A stretch of DNA of 64,000 bases from positions 6,331,448 through 6,395,447 of the forward strand of contig CAVNZM010000003.1 in assembly GCA_963693365.1 (NCBI GenBank), written 5' to 3'. The notes under the pieces are model-generated. The model was not told the DNA's origin, searched no databases, and saw only the letters and a list, made by a program, of their open reading frames with translations. This DNA comes from Amoebidium appalachense. Lineage: Eukaryota > Protista > Ichthyosporea. The position numbers and the translations under genes were made by a program. Of the stretch, positions 22,603 to 38,963 are shown in pieces (within the stretch, counting starts at the first letter, position 1; each line of letters opens with the position of its first letter).

Positions 22603-24745
22603 CACGCACACACACGCACACACACGCACACACCCACACAAACATAGGTCAAGAACATGGTGTCCGAGAACCTGATATCATTCAGGAAAGCACTCAACAC
22701 CATGCAACCCACCGTGTAGACGCTGAGTATGATGATGACAGCCCACCCCCACCTTTGCCGCTTAATATGTTTTTCTAGCCGATTGCAAAGCGCTTGCACC
22801 CCAAATGACGACAACAACAGCTGCAATGACCATGATGTTTGCTCGAATGACCATCACGTTATACCCTGTGGGTATCATAAAAATTTGTATTCATTTGCAT
22901 CAATATTTGTATTGAAACACATGTTTTCAAATTCAGAATCTAGAGAATTCACTCGTCGTTCAGTGAAAGTAAAGAATGAATGAATCATGAATGAATGAAC
23001 GGCTTCCTGTCCTTCAGCCACATTTTGTCTTTGACATATTTTTATATGCTCATGGAACGAACGAACAGGCTTGTGTTTTGTTTTTTGTGTTATATTGTGT
23101 TATGTTATGTTTTAGGGCTTTTGTCTCTACTAGCTCGAGTAGATGGTGGTTGGGATTGGGGTGGGGTTGGGTTGGTTCTCTTGACACCAATAAGTGTATC
23201 AGTTTTTCTGGTCCATAGCACGGGCATGTATGGTTGAGAATGCACAAGACTGGGTTTGCAATAGGCCGATTAACATATTCCGGAATATATGTTTTTCTGC
23301 ACGTTGGGGACTGCTCAGCTATGAGATCTTTACGTGACCCAAACCACAGCAAAACCACTTGTCCTATAATATCGGATTCCGGAATATGTTTGTATCAATA
23401 CTGTCTAACTTCTATTATAACGTCTTGCTCATGGACTTGCAGACACGTCTTATGGCTCCTGGAACATGCTTATTTTAATTCTAATGTATATTCCGGAATA
23501 CGTGTTTCCCCGGAGACGTGTTTCACCACAAATCTGTGATGGGCACGTGTTTTGTTCGTTTTGTCTTCTTGGTGGACTCTCAGAGTCCGAATTGGATATG
23601 ATATGTATAATTTGACACGAACGTGCAGGCCCCGTTCGGATGTTTTCATGTCAATATTTTGCTGATTTTTTGTATCCGAACACCGCTCATGACGGGCCGT
23701 CCCCGTTGGTCGATATCTTTCCTGCCGGGTCCCCAGCTCAGCATTTACTATTCATATGCTAATACAATACCTCCGTTGTGGCACAACGTCCCAAAATGTA
23801 AACTTTACAATTTCTCCCATTATCTGTTGGGTGGAAAGTGGTTGGGGAGGGTGGAATGTTTTGTGTAAGTAGGTATAACAGTCTCACGGCTGTCTGGTAG
23901 TGTTATGGTTAGGGCTTCCCATGTATACGAGACTTTGCAAATTTGAGATAATGCAATCCAGAATTCAAGTTAGTAATATATTGTTACATATTGCTTCATG
24001 GTTTCCTTCATGTGTTGGGTGGTGGTGGTGTGGCAAAGCCAATGCAGGTGCTGTAATTTGGGCAAAAGGGGATGGGGTGGGGTGGCGATAGCGGTGGTGG
24101 AAGTCGTGATGGCTGTGGTGATGGTGTGTGTGTGTGTGTGGGGAGGGGGGGGGGTGGGAGGGGGGGGGGGGGGGGGGGGGGGGCAGATTATCTTCTGAAG
24201 AGAGCATAGTTGCTCTTCTCGTGACCCATATCCCCAATCACTCCCTCCTCAAATTGGTTTGAGCCAACTGCCAGCATACAATCATGTGATCGGCCCATGG
24301 GTGGCCACTGAATTTCATTTTTGAGCTTATTTTGGTGTGTGTTCACATCACCACCCAGCCATCCATAATACCGCTCGCTGACAGTCCTCGGTATCTATCT
24401 GCATAATGTCGATATGGGCCGCCCCTTAAATTTGCCAAAGACTTATGATATTAATCCTTGACACCCTTCGCTGGGCAAGTGTCGATGCTTTTTCTTGCAG
24501 CTCTAAAAGGCTTAGCTAACAGTGTCGTGAGCGTAAGGGCTTCACTGCCCATATTGCACAGCCTCAATCATTATGAACAGGAAGAGGGCAGGGTGAGGGA
24601 GGATCGCAATAATTGAAATCTATCAATGGCCGTTTGTTATTTCGGTTGGGTTTTGGATACTTGCATTCCTAGCAGAAATACCTAGTGTGAATAGATTTAT
24701 AAACTTAAGCCCGAGAAACACCCAAAAACTCCAAAAGTTTAAAAA

Positions 24746-24796
<51 letters not shown>

Positions 24797-27082
24797 GGGG
24801 GGGGGGGGGGGGGGGGGGAGGGGGGAGGGGGGGGCTGACCTGAGAACGGACTGGTTGAAGACTTGAAAGATAATGAATCTTTTAGAGTCCCCTTTGACAC
24901 CCAAAGCTCTGTCCGAGTTGTGGTCTCCGTGCTGTGATAAATCATCCCACAATCACTACTCCCAAATTTGCACCGATCATAGTCTTCTCTCTTTACCTTC
25001 CCGAGTCAGATTCAAGACTAACCCTTGCAGGTATCAAATAAAGACAGCATTCTAAAGGCTACACAGCCCAAATTCGGCACCATCCTCACAGGAGAAGGGC
25101 ACGGGGAGAACTGAAAGTAAGCCCAAAGGCAGTTCAGACGGTTTCGTAAATCCTAAGCCTCTGCATACCCAAAAGACATCTGCTTGCTTGCCTTAGTAGT
25201 CGTGCCCGTGCAGAGGATTTGCCGGGCGCGGGGGGGTGGGGGTGGGGGGGGGGGGGGGGGGGGACAGCATCATGGGAGGGGGGGGGGGGGGGGGGGGGAG
25301 GACAGCATCATGCACATGTGGTTTCTAAATTTAACGTGTGCCTATAGGTTGGTTTGTTTCTATTCCTTTTTTAATATAAGGGAAAATGAGAAGGGGGGGG
25401 GGGGGGGGAAGGGGTTAGGAGGAAAAGAAATGGAAGTATCAGAAACATAACTGAACCAACTGCCAAAGTGACGTAATTTTCAAAATCAATCAGCCCAAGA
25501 GTCGTTTTTTTTTTTTTTTTTTTCTTTTGGGGGGGGGGGGGGGACGGACCTGTTTCCCACAACCACTACTCGCAAACCATTCCAACCGATCTGCTCTATA
25601 AATGGCTCGTGTTCAAGTGGTGGCCACCAAATCCAAGTGTGTGAGCTCTATTGGCTGTAGATCAGGCCGTGTGCAGCTCATCTTTCAGTTGAAACATGTC
25701 TACTGGGGCACACAGGGGAGACTTAGTGCTCAATGGCCACCAAATCATCAGCTAAGGCCTTGCTTTCATTTGCAATCATTATGTGCAAGACCCTTGAGGA
25801 AGAGAGATTCTTTTTACCGTAGGCTGGTTTTATTCAACCGATGGAGGCGCAAGTATTTGCTGCATAACTAGCAGGTAAGAGAAAAACTTTGCGAGTGAGC
25901 CAGTAGCGCTCAGATGGATACTAAGATACCTAAATACTGACAGTGTATAAAAATCACATAGTTTATTGACTTTCCACTAATATACGATTTGAAGGACTAG
26001 TCCCGGTGTGTCGAGGGGGGATGGCTCACCATCATAATAGTACATAAGGTGGCAGGTAAAACGGAAGCAGGGTTTAGAACTTCGGGGTGCCTAAGCTGTA
26101 TGGTTACATTTATCACCCCCCCCCTCCCCCCCCCCCCCCCCCCCCCCCCAGGCTGCATGACCTTTTTCTAAGGTGGGTGTGGGATGTTGGTTTGGAGGAA
26201 AGAAGGGGAAGGGGGGGGGGAGGGGGAGGGGAGGGGGGGGGGGGGGGGGGGGGGGGCAGGGGATCGAAACGGTACAAAGCTGGTAAACGATGAACGGAGA
26301 TAGATATACCATGCTCTTCTCCACCCGACGACCATCGATATCCCATCCCACTGCTGAGTCCCCCCCCCCCCCCCCCCCCCCCCCCGGTCCCTCCCTCTCT
26401 CGTGGGCTGTCCTTCTCCCTGAGGTTTTGCTTTGATGACCACGCCTTCCAACGCAGAACTTCAAGAATAAAAGATTTAAGAATCACAACAAAAGAAAAAG
26501 AGTAAAACCTGAAACACATGAGAAAAAGCATGCGGTCCACCTAAACACACACAACACGTGACCAGAAAAGTGGCTTTTTGTCTTGGCTTCTTTCCCACAA
26601 TCACTAATCTCAAACAGACTACTGAGCTAAATGGGCTATACGTGGTTCGTGCTCAGATGGTGGCCACCTAACCAGAAAAGTGAGCTCTATTGGCTTCAAT
26701 TGTGAGCCTTGTGCGGCTCAGACAATAAAGGCAGAAACTCCGGTGCATGTGCACATTGGCCACCAATATTGTAGCTAAAACGTTTTAAAGGCAATGGCAT
26801 TATTATACCTCCCTATTGTTGTATAATTTCAGAGAAGCGAATCATCAGCTCAAAAACACTAACATTCAATGCGAAGTAGAATCAGCAACGATGTGGAACC
26901 TAGGCCTAAGTTGCCTTCCGTATCTTTTTCAGAGCTTTGGGATGCCACACGGCTTTAGGGTTTTCATCATTGAATGTAACGATCCCCTCTCCCCTCCCCC
27001 TTTCCCCCTCCCCAACCCCCTAGTCCTCGTCCTAAACTGGGGTAGGGGGTGTTTGAATGCTGTGGGGACTTTTTTTTTTTTT

Positions 27083-27135
<53 letters not shown>

Positions 27136-27960
27136 GGGGGCGGTATATGCTAAGGACGAAAGTAAATTCGCAAAAAAGACGAATGAATAGTTGCCTTGTG
27201 TCAGTTTTTCTGGTAGTGCTAGAAGTCGTCGGTTTGTTGCGCTTGCTTAACTATCATGGTACTAACGCACACACGCACGCACGCAACCACACGCACGCAA
27301 AGTTAACAGGTGCACACTGCCCTTCGCTCAACCACTACCACCACAGGGGACTACCAACCCGGCCCCCCTCCCCCCCCTCCCCCCTTCCCTCTCCGGCTCC
27401 CACCTCCTCCACCTACCTTATGTTATTCACCTACACGGTATACCACATGTGAAATGAGGTTCAGCGAATTTTTTGTTGGTGGGCAGACTTCATATACAGC
27501 GTGGTGACAAGAACATGCTGAGCGTATCACCTCCTAAACGAGGCAATGGACGCTCACAGTTAGGGCCGGCCACCCAACTGGGCACTATTCTGCGCTTAAC
27601 CTTATGAATGGATATTCGGAAAATCCGTGATTGTGGGATTGCACAAAGTTGAATCACAAAACACGGGGAGATACCCAGGTTCTTGTTTTTATAACAGTTG
27701 TAAAGGCACAGTGCCAAGATGCGGCCCCATAGATAGAATGATCACCCCCCCCTCCCCCCTCCCCCCTCCCCTTTCGCCCCCGCTCGTCCCGCTCGTCCCC
27801 CCCCCCCCCCACACACACACACACCCACCCACCCACCCACCCACCCACCCACCCACCCAACAATCGACCAATTGAATGTGGTGTAAACCAACTTGAACCT
27901 GGATGTGTTTGTGTGCATCCGATTGTGGCACGTGTAAGAATGTATCCCAGTGCACATCCA

Positions 27961-27991
<31 letters not shown>

Positions 27992-28038
27992 GCGCGCGTG
28001 TGTGTGCGTGTGTGTGCGTGTGACGCTGTGTGTGTGTG

Positions 28039-28123
<85 letters not shown>

Positions 28124-28280
28124 TTGTACGTCTGTGTGTGTGTGTGCGTGTGTGTGTGCCTGTTTGTGTATGTGTGTGCACGCACACACACACGCACATG
28201 TGTGCACACACACACGCACATGTGTGCACACACACACGCACATGTGTGCATGTGTGCGCACACACATGTGTGCACACACA
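27961..28280. repeat. Compound (GT)n/(GC)n/(CA)n microsatellite
   Basis: Direct inspection. Confidence 0.9.
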
Positions 28281-28638
28281 ATAAAGCGTACGTGTCACAA
28301 GTTGAAGGTGTACTTTTACGCACGCTGGAATGGAGGGAACCCGGGGGGAGGGGGGAAGTGGGGTGGGGGGGAGTGAAAAATACCGGATGAATCATATAAC
28401 TTAGAAAATAACCAGCTGTTCCTCCAAAGCTCTAAACTAGCTATACATACATACGACACAATATTGAAAAGGAACTCGACGTTGTCTTACGTTGGCCGAT
28501 GATTTACTCTCCGCTCAGTGTCGTGTCTTGTTTTCAGCAGAAGGCATTTGACGGTTAGCTAGATCATTGGTAGTGTTGGAGTTCACGCTGTTTGCTCAAG
28601 GCATGGAGAGATTGATCTCCGGTATTTGGGGGGGGGAA

Positions 28639-28672
<34 letters not shown>

Positions 28673-29116
28673 GCTCGGTATATCTCCTCAAAGTTTTATC
28701 AGTCAGGTACGTACGATACCGTATGGCATATATCAACATGATATACAATACTCTGACATATGATATATATATATATATATATACATGTGTGTGTGTGCCA
28801 GTGTGTGTGTGTGTGTGTGTGTGAGGTGACTGATTCTATATTCTTTTTCTTTATTGTTTTATAAAACCTTATTTTTGCGCGTCAAAACTTCCCGCCCAAA
28901 CTGGTATTTGGCTAATCGACGCGATGGCCATGGCACGCGAATTATTGGTCCTTACAAAATTTATTGAATTGCGATGTTTTTTTTATTATTGTTTTATAAA
29001 TATTAGGGTTTTCTTCCTCTATGAAATAATGAAGAAAATCAACTTATTAGTGGGGTTCCCGGCCCCTGTCGTTTTTATTATTTTTACGGGCTTTCCTAAG
29101 ACACTCGTCATCAACT

Positions 29117-29201
<85 letters not shown>

Positions 29202-29287
29202 ATGTGTGTGCATGTGTGTGTGTGTGTGTGTGTTTGTGGGTCCAGAGCTAAATTTGAAAAAACCCTAGGCATGCCTCAAAAAGGCAT

Positions 29288-29321
<34 letters not shown>

Positions 29322-30026
29322 ACACACATGCACACACGGCACCCAGATCCCCATCCTCTTTGCCAGCCCGCGGCCCCAGCCTGCAGCCAGCTCCCCCCTT
29401 CCCCCCCTCCCCCATATGGCCATTTGTGTGGAAATGGAAATTGAGCTGTGCATACCCGCATCCAATCATTTGGCGTATGTGCATACCCGCATCCAATCGG
29501 CTCATATGACTTCTCAGGAGCCGATTCGGACCGGCAACCAATAGCCGCCCCGTACCCTCCGGGACCCTGGATAGAGTTTCTGCTAAGCCCATGGGGTGAA
29601 TAGCAAAAAACCATATAGTAGGGCAGAAATACTTAGATTTATAGGTTTATAGCCAAAAATAACTATTATAAACATTTTTTTGCCGTTTACTGCACCATTG
29701 TTCAAGGTATTAGCGAGTTTATACTTTGCCGGCACACAGTAAGTTGTGAAAAGCATCTACCCACCTCGGTAGATCGTCAATCAGATGCAAGACGGCCTCC
29801 TATAACCAATGAAAACTATATCCGCAAAACTTAGGTTCGGTCAAGGAGTGCAAACCAGTTGCGATTGATTGGTCGTGTTAAACGTGGAATTTGCTGTGTG
29901 CCAGCCACGGCCATCTAGAGTCTCTAGATGGCCGTGGTGCCAGCCTATTTATTTTTGACGGACTGGCAGGTGTGGAAACGACGTTTCTCTCAGCGGTTTG
30001 CTTCAAGTTTGACCTGTCACAAAGTT

Positions 30027-31911
30027 ATGGCGGGGATCGATATTGAGATTTTTTGCCCAACAAGCCAGACGTGGGCAGAAGTTATCAGTTTCAAATATGT
30101 AGCGGCAGGAAACTCTAGAATCACAGCAGTGTGCATTAACAACTATACCTGCCTCAGTGACGATAGTCGCCTCTTTTTGAAAACTAGACACGACATCTTG
30201 GGCCATGAGAATGGCTCAGAGCTGAGAAACATTAAGGAAACATCGAAGGAGCTTGACCTGGACAAGGAGCAATGGCGCCACAAAGGCACAGCTGGAGCCA
30301 GCTTCAAACGCAGCAAAACGTGAGTTTTTGTTCATAAACGAGTCCCAGACAGTGCCTCTGCATCACTTGTAGTAGTACACAAGACTCTTTGTGTGGGGAT
30401 AGTGGGCGCGAGATTCGAATGGGCTTTTTTTTCATTGTGCTATTCCCTTCCGTACTTCTTTTGTTAGTTGCTTGTCATGCATATTAATAGAAAGAAAGCA
30501 AGTGCAAACATTAGTTTGCTTTGTGTTTTTGTTTGCCGAAACGAATTCGTTTTAACGAACTACTTTTGTACTCTCAGGGTGAGGGTGGTCGACTATTATG
30601 AGCCTGGTACAGAGTATAACGGCGAAAAGGAGGTTTATTTCCTCTGTGAAAACAACACAGGCGATCGGGTGGGTGGATTCTGATTCCCCCCCCCCCCCCC
30701 CCCCCCCCCCTCTCTGCGACACACCCCTGTTTCTCATTCTCTCTCTACATCCGTGCCTGTTACTACAGTTTTTTTGGTTACGTTTTCTTCAGCACACAAC
30801 TCTTAGCTGCATGCTTACCACAATTGCACGCTATAGTATAACACGAAGTCAACCAACTCGAGTCGGTCAACATTACCTTTTCCCCTCCCTCCCTCCCTCC
30901 CTCCCACGGGCACTCCTCTGCTCCATCATCGGTTCACTTGGAAAATGCTGATCGATAAGCTGCATACGTTTGCCTGTGAGACATGTACAAGATTTAAGGA
31001 GAAAGATGCTTTCGTAAGGTTTTCTTTCTCCCTCCCCCCCCCCCCCCCCCCCCCCCCATACCAACACACACACAGCCTCAAACAGCCCTCCCCGTCCCCC
31101 ATTGAACACATAGAAGAAAAGGAAAGGAGGGAGGCGGAGAGGAGGGAGGGGAAAGGTATGTTAGCGGACAGCTGCGTTTGTATGTGTAACGGGAGAGTGA
31201 GCCTTATGATAGTGAGTAAATGAAAAAGGTTGATCTCTCATTGCATGGGGGTTTCAGGTCTGGTGGACCCGTGTTGGGGACAAAAAGAAAAACAGCCCAA
31301 CTGACGTCATCCCGCTCCCTGCCTTCGCAACAATTGAAGAAGAGTTGCCAACGAAAAGGTGGGGGGCCCTGCGAACGGCGTTCGGCAACCAACTAATCAC
31401 CAAACTGGAAAACAGGGTGCAACTGTACAAAAAGAATGGGGCAGAGAAAGAGTATGGGCCCCCCGTTGTGCTCCTGCGCATAGAGTCATTTATTGATTTC
31501 TTGTGTCTGCTGTCTATAGTGGGGTACTTTGATTACACTGAAATGTGGATGAACGAGTGCATTACCTGGAATGCTATCACTGTTCGGGTAGAGATGGATA
31601 CAGACGATTTGCTGGCAAAGTTCCCTCCTCAGTATCTGTATTATAAGCACGCAACCAATGTTTTCACTGAGGTTCAGGAGGGGAAAAAGTTCAGCTTGTT
31701 TTTTTACCAAAAGGCAGTTGTTTCGTTTGACCACTCTGCTTGCAAGCACGACGAGCCTGGTGCTCGTGAAACATATGTGGATGAAACGGGTCGATTACGT
31801 TATAAAGACCGTACAACGACATCATGCAAAGGCAAGACGAAGCCGGACTTCTCTGTCTTGCGCCTGACATCCAGTGTAACAGTTCCCTACAAGCGAGTTG
31901 TTCTTAAGTAA
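30027..31911 (+). CDS. Hypothetical protein, 3 exons (30027-30319, 30578-30668, 31258-31911), about 345 aa
   Basis: GT-AG junctions keep the frame (phase 2, then phase 0), giving MAGIDIEIFCP...SKT-VRVVDYYE...GDR-VWWTRVG...KRVVLK then stop. No family recognised. Confidence 0.72.
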
Positions 31912-32259
31912 ACTATATAAATACCGACTGCAGTCCAGGCTCATCGAGGTTGTGTCCCTTGTCCCTCATCCATCTCTCTCTCTCTCCCCCCCCTCCCCCC
32001 CCCCCCTCCTCCCCCCCCCCCCCCCCCCCCTTTCCTTGTCGGAGTCCCCCTTACGTGCATAATCATGCGCTAGGACGGACACATGCCCAGGAGCACATCA
32101 ACATCATGGCACACACATGCACACATGACACCTCCACGTAGCACACACAGACACACGCACGACCCCTCACTCATATCATGCTCACACTGGAGAACTCTAC
32201 ATCTATACGGAAGTGATTATCTATGTTCAAGTATCTAAGATTATCACAACGGACGTGCT

Positions 32260-33930
<1,671 letters not shown>

Positions 33931-35957
33931 CCACACCCAAATGCGAGGCCCAGCGTGTAGTATTATTGGCACTGCGAGAAGCAACAGCAGCACAAGGAGT
34001 AGCGTAAGTGTTTCTAGTGGTGTTGTGATACAGATAGTCAGCTTATCGAAGAGGAAGCACGTAATAGTGAATGTGTGTAATGCTAACGCAGCAAGGCTGC
34101 ATATGATTGTCCCTGCCATTGTGCACGCATGTGCATTTACACTAAAAGGCTGGATTGTGAACGCATATTACATGTGTGCGTGTGTCGTACACGGTCACGG
34201 TAGTGTAAAAGCTATGTTGTACTAGTGGCATACACGCATGCACATATATAACGCTGGCCCCGGTACACGTACTGGTGCTCAGCCCATGGCCGAAGTTGTT
34301 TGTTTACATAGCTGGATCTGGACTTTCATCTACACTACAACACGAGCACACGACCCAGCTTATTGGAGAAGAGGAACACGCTTGCCAGCCTTATCTTACC
34401 ATGTATGGCTATTGCAAAAGGGGTAAAAAAAAGAAGAGCCAACAGACAAAGGCTTAGAAAAGGGTAAAGCATATTTTCACATAAACGTTACTGCCTGGCC
34501 GGACGGTTGGAGGCGAGCGCGAGGTCGAGGCTGCGTCGTCGGAGGCTGATCGGAACACGCCGGGCTTCTAGGGCAGAGCTGCGTGTAGGTTGTCGACTGA
34601 AAGCAGCATATTTCTCCAATGCAGCTGCCTAAAAATTTATTATTAAATTAATAATACCGCAATTTCTGACTGCACAAGCAGGATATTGTATATACGTACA
34701 TGTACTGTACGTCGTACAAGATCTTGACTTGAACTTAAAGATACACTGTTCAGCTTTACAATTGCCAAGTTTAAAGCAGACTGAATAACAGTCCTAAAAA
34801 ACTATATATTGCAAAAATAAAGTAATCAAATTTGCTCTTTAAACAATACAAACCTTTGGTTAATACATATATGTTTTCGAACATGTGGTGCGAAAGATGG
34901 CCTTTTATCTGGTCACTATAACATTCCTAAATCAATGCTTTTTTTGCCCCCGCTTTATTGATCACGATATCATTGGATAATGGGCTGATCCCGCGGCGCC
35001 GGCTAACTAGGTCTGAATCAATTTTCATTACCCTCCTCCAAAAAACGGCTTGATCGGATTGACCAATATGGCAGACAGTCCCGCAGCCGCTCCCTAATTG
35101 CGCGTTTCAACACAAATGGCCATATGCCCCCCCCCCCCCCCCCCCCCCCTCCCCCCCCCCCCCCCCCCCCCCCCACTACTTTGAAGTTGTTAGGCAGCGC
35201 GCTTAAAACAGGCATTTACAGCCAGACATGTATATGCCCATGGTCATGGCCAGAGTGAGAATTTATGTGCTGAAATATTTATTCATCTGCAAAACAGTTT
35301 CATGATCCCTGGTGCACCTCGACCAAAATGACGTCATGATGGTACAAACCAAATATAGTTATACGTCTTGTGCTCGTATTGGTGCATGGTGGAGGATAAG
35401 ATTTAGCCATATTTGGTGTATATGCTACGCTGCGATTGGGCATTCAATAAGCCTCCCTGCTGCCTCAGGCGGCCACTGGTCGCTGGCCTGCGGCCAAGAA
35501 AAGCACTTCCGAGCTTTCGAAGAGACAGTCGGAGTATCATTTTGAGTGATTTCTTGAGTGATGTTTTGGATTTGATGTTTTTAGGTTTGAAGTAGTGTTA
35601 ATAAGAATCATTGTTTGTGGGTTTGCTTTATGATATTACGTCTGGAGACAACAACTACTTACTGTCTGGCGAGCGGGTTGTGTTCTGACAGTGTTTGGCA
35701 CACTAAAAGGGAGAGGGGATCTATACTTTCTGTGCTCTCTCTTTTGTACATGTTGTGGTGTCAAAGACCGGCTGCGTAGTGGGGCAAACATAAGAAGACC
35801 TTATAAACGTAGATAACACTCTATTGCCTTGCAGTCTTTCTGTTTACCCTCCAGCCAACAGTACGTAACAACGAGCGAGAGCTAGAGAGTGAGTGAGTGA
35901 CAAAAGAGAACTAATTCAGAACATGCAGCCCCACTAGTGTGGGCAGAACAGACGGGA

Positions 35958-36468
35958 ATGGAGGCTGCACAGACCTTGGCCGTGCAATCTATCGTGCACT
36001 CGCTGCCTGTAATACCCCTCCCCGTCCCCCCCCCCCCCCCCCCCCCCCCTCCCCCCGCCGCCACCACCCCTCACCCCTTCCTCATCCGCGTCTCCTCATC
36101 CCTCGGCCCCTCCACATTCCCCTTGCCCCCCCCCCCCCCAGCCTTCACCCCCCTCCCCCCCTCCCCGCCTCCCCTCCTTCCTCCCCCCCCCTCCCCCCCC
36201 CCCCCCTCCCCCCCCTCCCCCCCCCCCCCCCCTTGCTCCCTTTCCAATACAAGCCCTTGCCCGGCCACTTCTCCTTATCATAGTAAAGCAAACAGGATAA
36301 GCAGATCCATGAACCACCTCCCAGTTCCACTCCTTCCTCCATTAGTTTCACTGCACTCCTATTGGGATATGGCCTTGAGGCCGACATACAGAGGCATGGA
36401 TGCAGACACGGGCACACAAACACACACACACATACAGGCGCATAAGCACGCATGCACCCACCCACCCA

Positions 36469-36537
<69 letters not shown>

Positions 36538-37617
36538 CCACACACATACACACACACACATCACATGCACGAACCCATGGTTCAACGTGACGAGCACACC
36601 CACACCCACACAAATACACGTGCACGCATATACCACGGCATCCGAACACAGGCGCACAGTGACCCAAGCGCGCACTCGTGACATACAGGAATCCTCAAAT
36701 TGCTGTTGACGAACAAACATGTGCATTCCGTGGACGTAACGTTGTTACCCTGTGTTTTAGAGCCCCCTCCTGTGTGCTACAAACTGTGCTCCGCCCTCCC
36801 CCCTCCCCCTCCCCCCCTGCCCCCCCCCCCCCCCCCCCTCCCCGCCTCCCTTTCCAAAAAACTCAAATGCCTTCATACACACACACACACCCACACAAAC
36901 GCACACCTTACCCCACGCTGGACCGAGTTCACACCCGTGTGCTGTTGTGGATGAACTTGAACACTTTTGCCCGCATAACTGATCGGGTTCGGTTTTCCGT
37001 CCGTTTTATTTGGATGTTAACATTTTTGCTTCTGTTTTTCCCTCCCGCATACATCCCCCCCCCCTTCTCCCCCCCCCCCGGCCCCCTCCCTCCCTCCCTG
37101 CCCCGTTCCTCCCATTATCACCTCCCCCCCCCCCCCCCCCCCCCCGTGCCCTCACTCCCTTCCTTAGCCCCCTCCCGTCTCGCCCCCTTCTCCCTTACCT
37201 TTCACCTCTCCTCCCTCCCATGCCCTCCCTCCCTTCCTTTACCCCCCCCCCCCCCCCCCCCCCCCCTCCAGTACACCTATAAGCCGCAGGTTGTCCAAGA
37301 TGTGACTCGTCTGCTGCAGGACTTTCCAACCCTCCGTGTCTCAAATACCCCATTCAGTAACTACCCCCCCCCCTTACCCCCCTCCCCTTGTCCCCGTTTG
37401 CCGTGGCTATTTTACAGGGTGTATGCAGGGCTCGTAGTCTTTCGACCTCATCATGCCTCTCTCTCTCTCCCCCCCCCCCCCCCCCCCCTCCACCCACACA
37501 CACACACACACATCCGCCCCCCTCCCCTCCCCCCTCACACACATACACTCTCACATCCAAATTGTACACTCTCACACGTCGTGTTGGGTTTATTGAGGAC
37601 AGTAAGAGCTTGAGGTG

Positions 37618-37648
<31 letters not shown>

Positions 37649-38232
37649 GGGGGGGGGAGGGGGGGGGGGGGGGGGAGGGGGAGGGGCAGGGGGGAGGGAG
37701 CTGGAGGGCTGGCTGAAGGGGGGGGGGGGGGGGAGGGGGGCGAGGAGAGTGAAGGGGGGGAAGGGGGGGGGGGGGATGAGAAACACTAGCTTGGCAGAGG
37801 GGAGGGAGGGGGGAGGGGGAGGGGGGAGGGGGGAGGGGGAGGGGAAGGGTTGTGGGTTTGAGTGAAAGACAGAAGACAGTGAGGCGGAAGTTGGGACGGG
37901 GGGAGGGAAGGTGGGTGGGGGGAAGGGGGAAAGTGGGGGGGGGAGTAGGGGGAGGGAGGGAGAACGGAAGTGTAAAAAAACCGGTGGGGGATGGGGAGGG
38001 GGGGGGGGGGGGGGAGAGGGAGGGGGATGAGAGAGGGGGGTTGAGGGCTTGGCTATGGGAAATTGTTGGGGCATGTGGGGAAGAGCGGAGGGCTTGACTG
38101 GAGGGGGAAAGAAAAAGAGGAAGTGAGGAAGGGAGGGAGAGCGCGCGGGGACTAATTTAGGTAGGGAGCGAAGGGGAGGTGGGTGGGAAGGAGGGGGAGG
38201 GGGGGTATTGTTTTTTTTTTGTGTGTGTGTGT

Positions 38233-38281
<49 letters not shown>

Positions 38282-38566
38282 GGAGGGTTGCGAGTTTTGG
38301 GGTGTGTTCGGTTCCAAGTCGGAGTTTCGTGATGTGACTTCAGATGACGTCCATTCTACGTCATATAGACGTCAGATTCAATGATTGGCTTAGCCTGTAT
38401 ATAGTACGATTTCTATTTTTAGACATAGGACATAGGCATTTGCCATATAAGGAAATTATGGAGAAGATTAGGCTTAGGTGTATACTGATGATGTGTGACT
38501 TGCAGCCAAGGAGGATGGAAGGCACATGCACCTATGTTGCTCCGGCACAGTACCCATTAGCTATAA

Positions 38567-38609
<43 letters not shown>

Positions 38610-38659
38610 TGTGTGTCTGTGTGTGCCCGTGTATGTAGGTGTGTGTTTGTGTGTGTGTG

Positions 38660-38736
<77 letters not shown>

Positions 38737-38823
38737 GTGTATGTGTGTGGGTGTGGGTGTGGGTGTGGGTGTGGGTGTGTTTGTATGTGTTTGTATGTGT
38801 TTGTCTGCTGTGTGATTGGTGGT

Positions 38824-38880
<57 letters not shown>

Positions 38881-38917
38881 TTTTTTTTTTGGGTTTTTTT
38901 TTGGTTTTTTTTTGTTT

Positions 38918-38963
<46 letters not shown>

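Noticed and set aside
28855-29030. Ngaro-like end words (ataaaacc, cctctatgaaa)
   Set aside because: Matches are only 8-11 bp in AT-rich sequence and do not extend.
33945-34400. Possible small plus-strand exons
   Set aside because: No phase-consistent model with a start and stop could be built.
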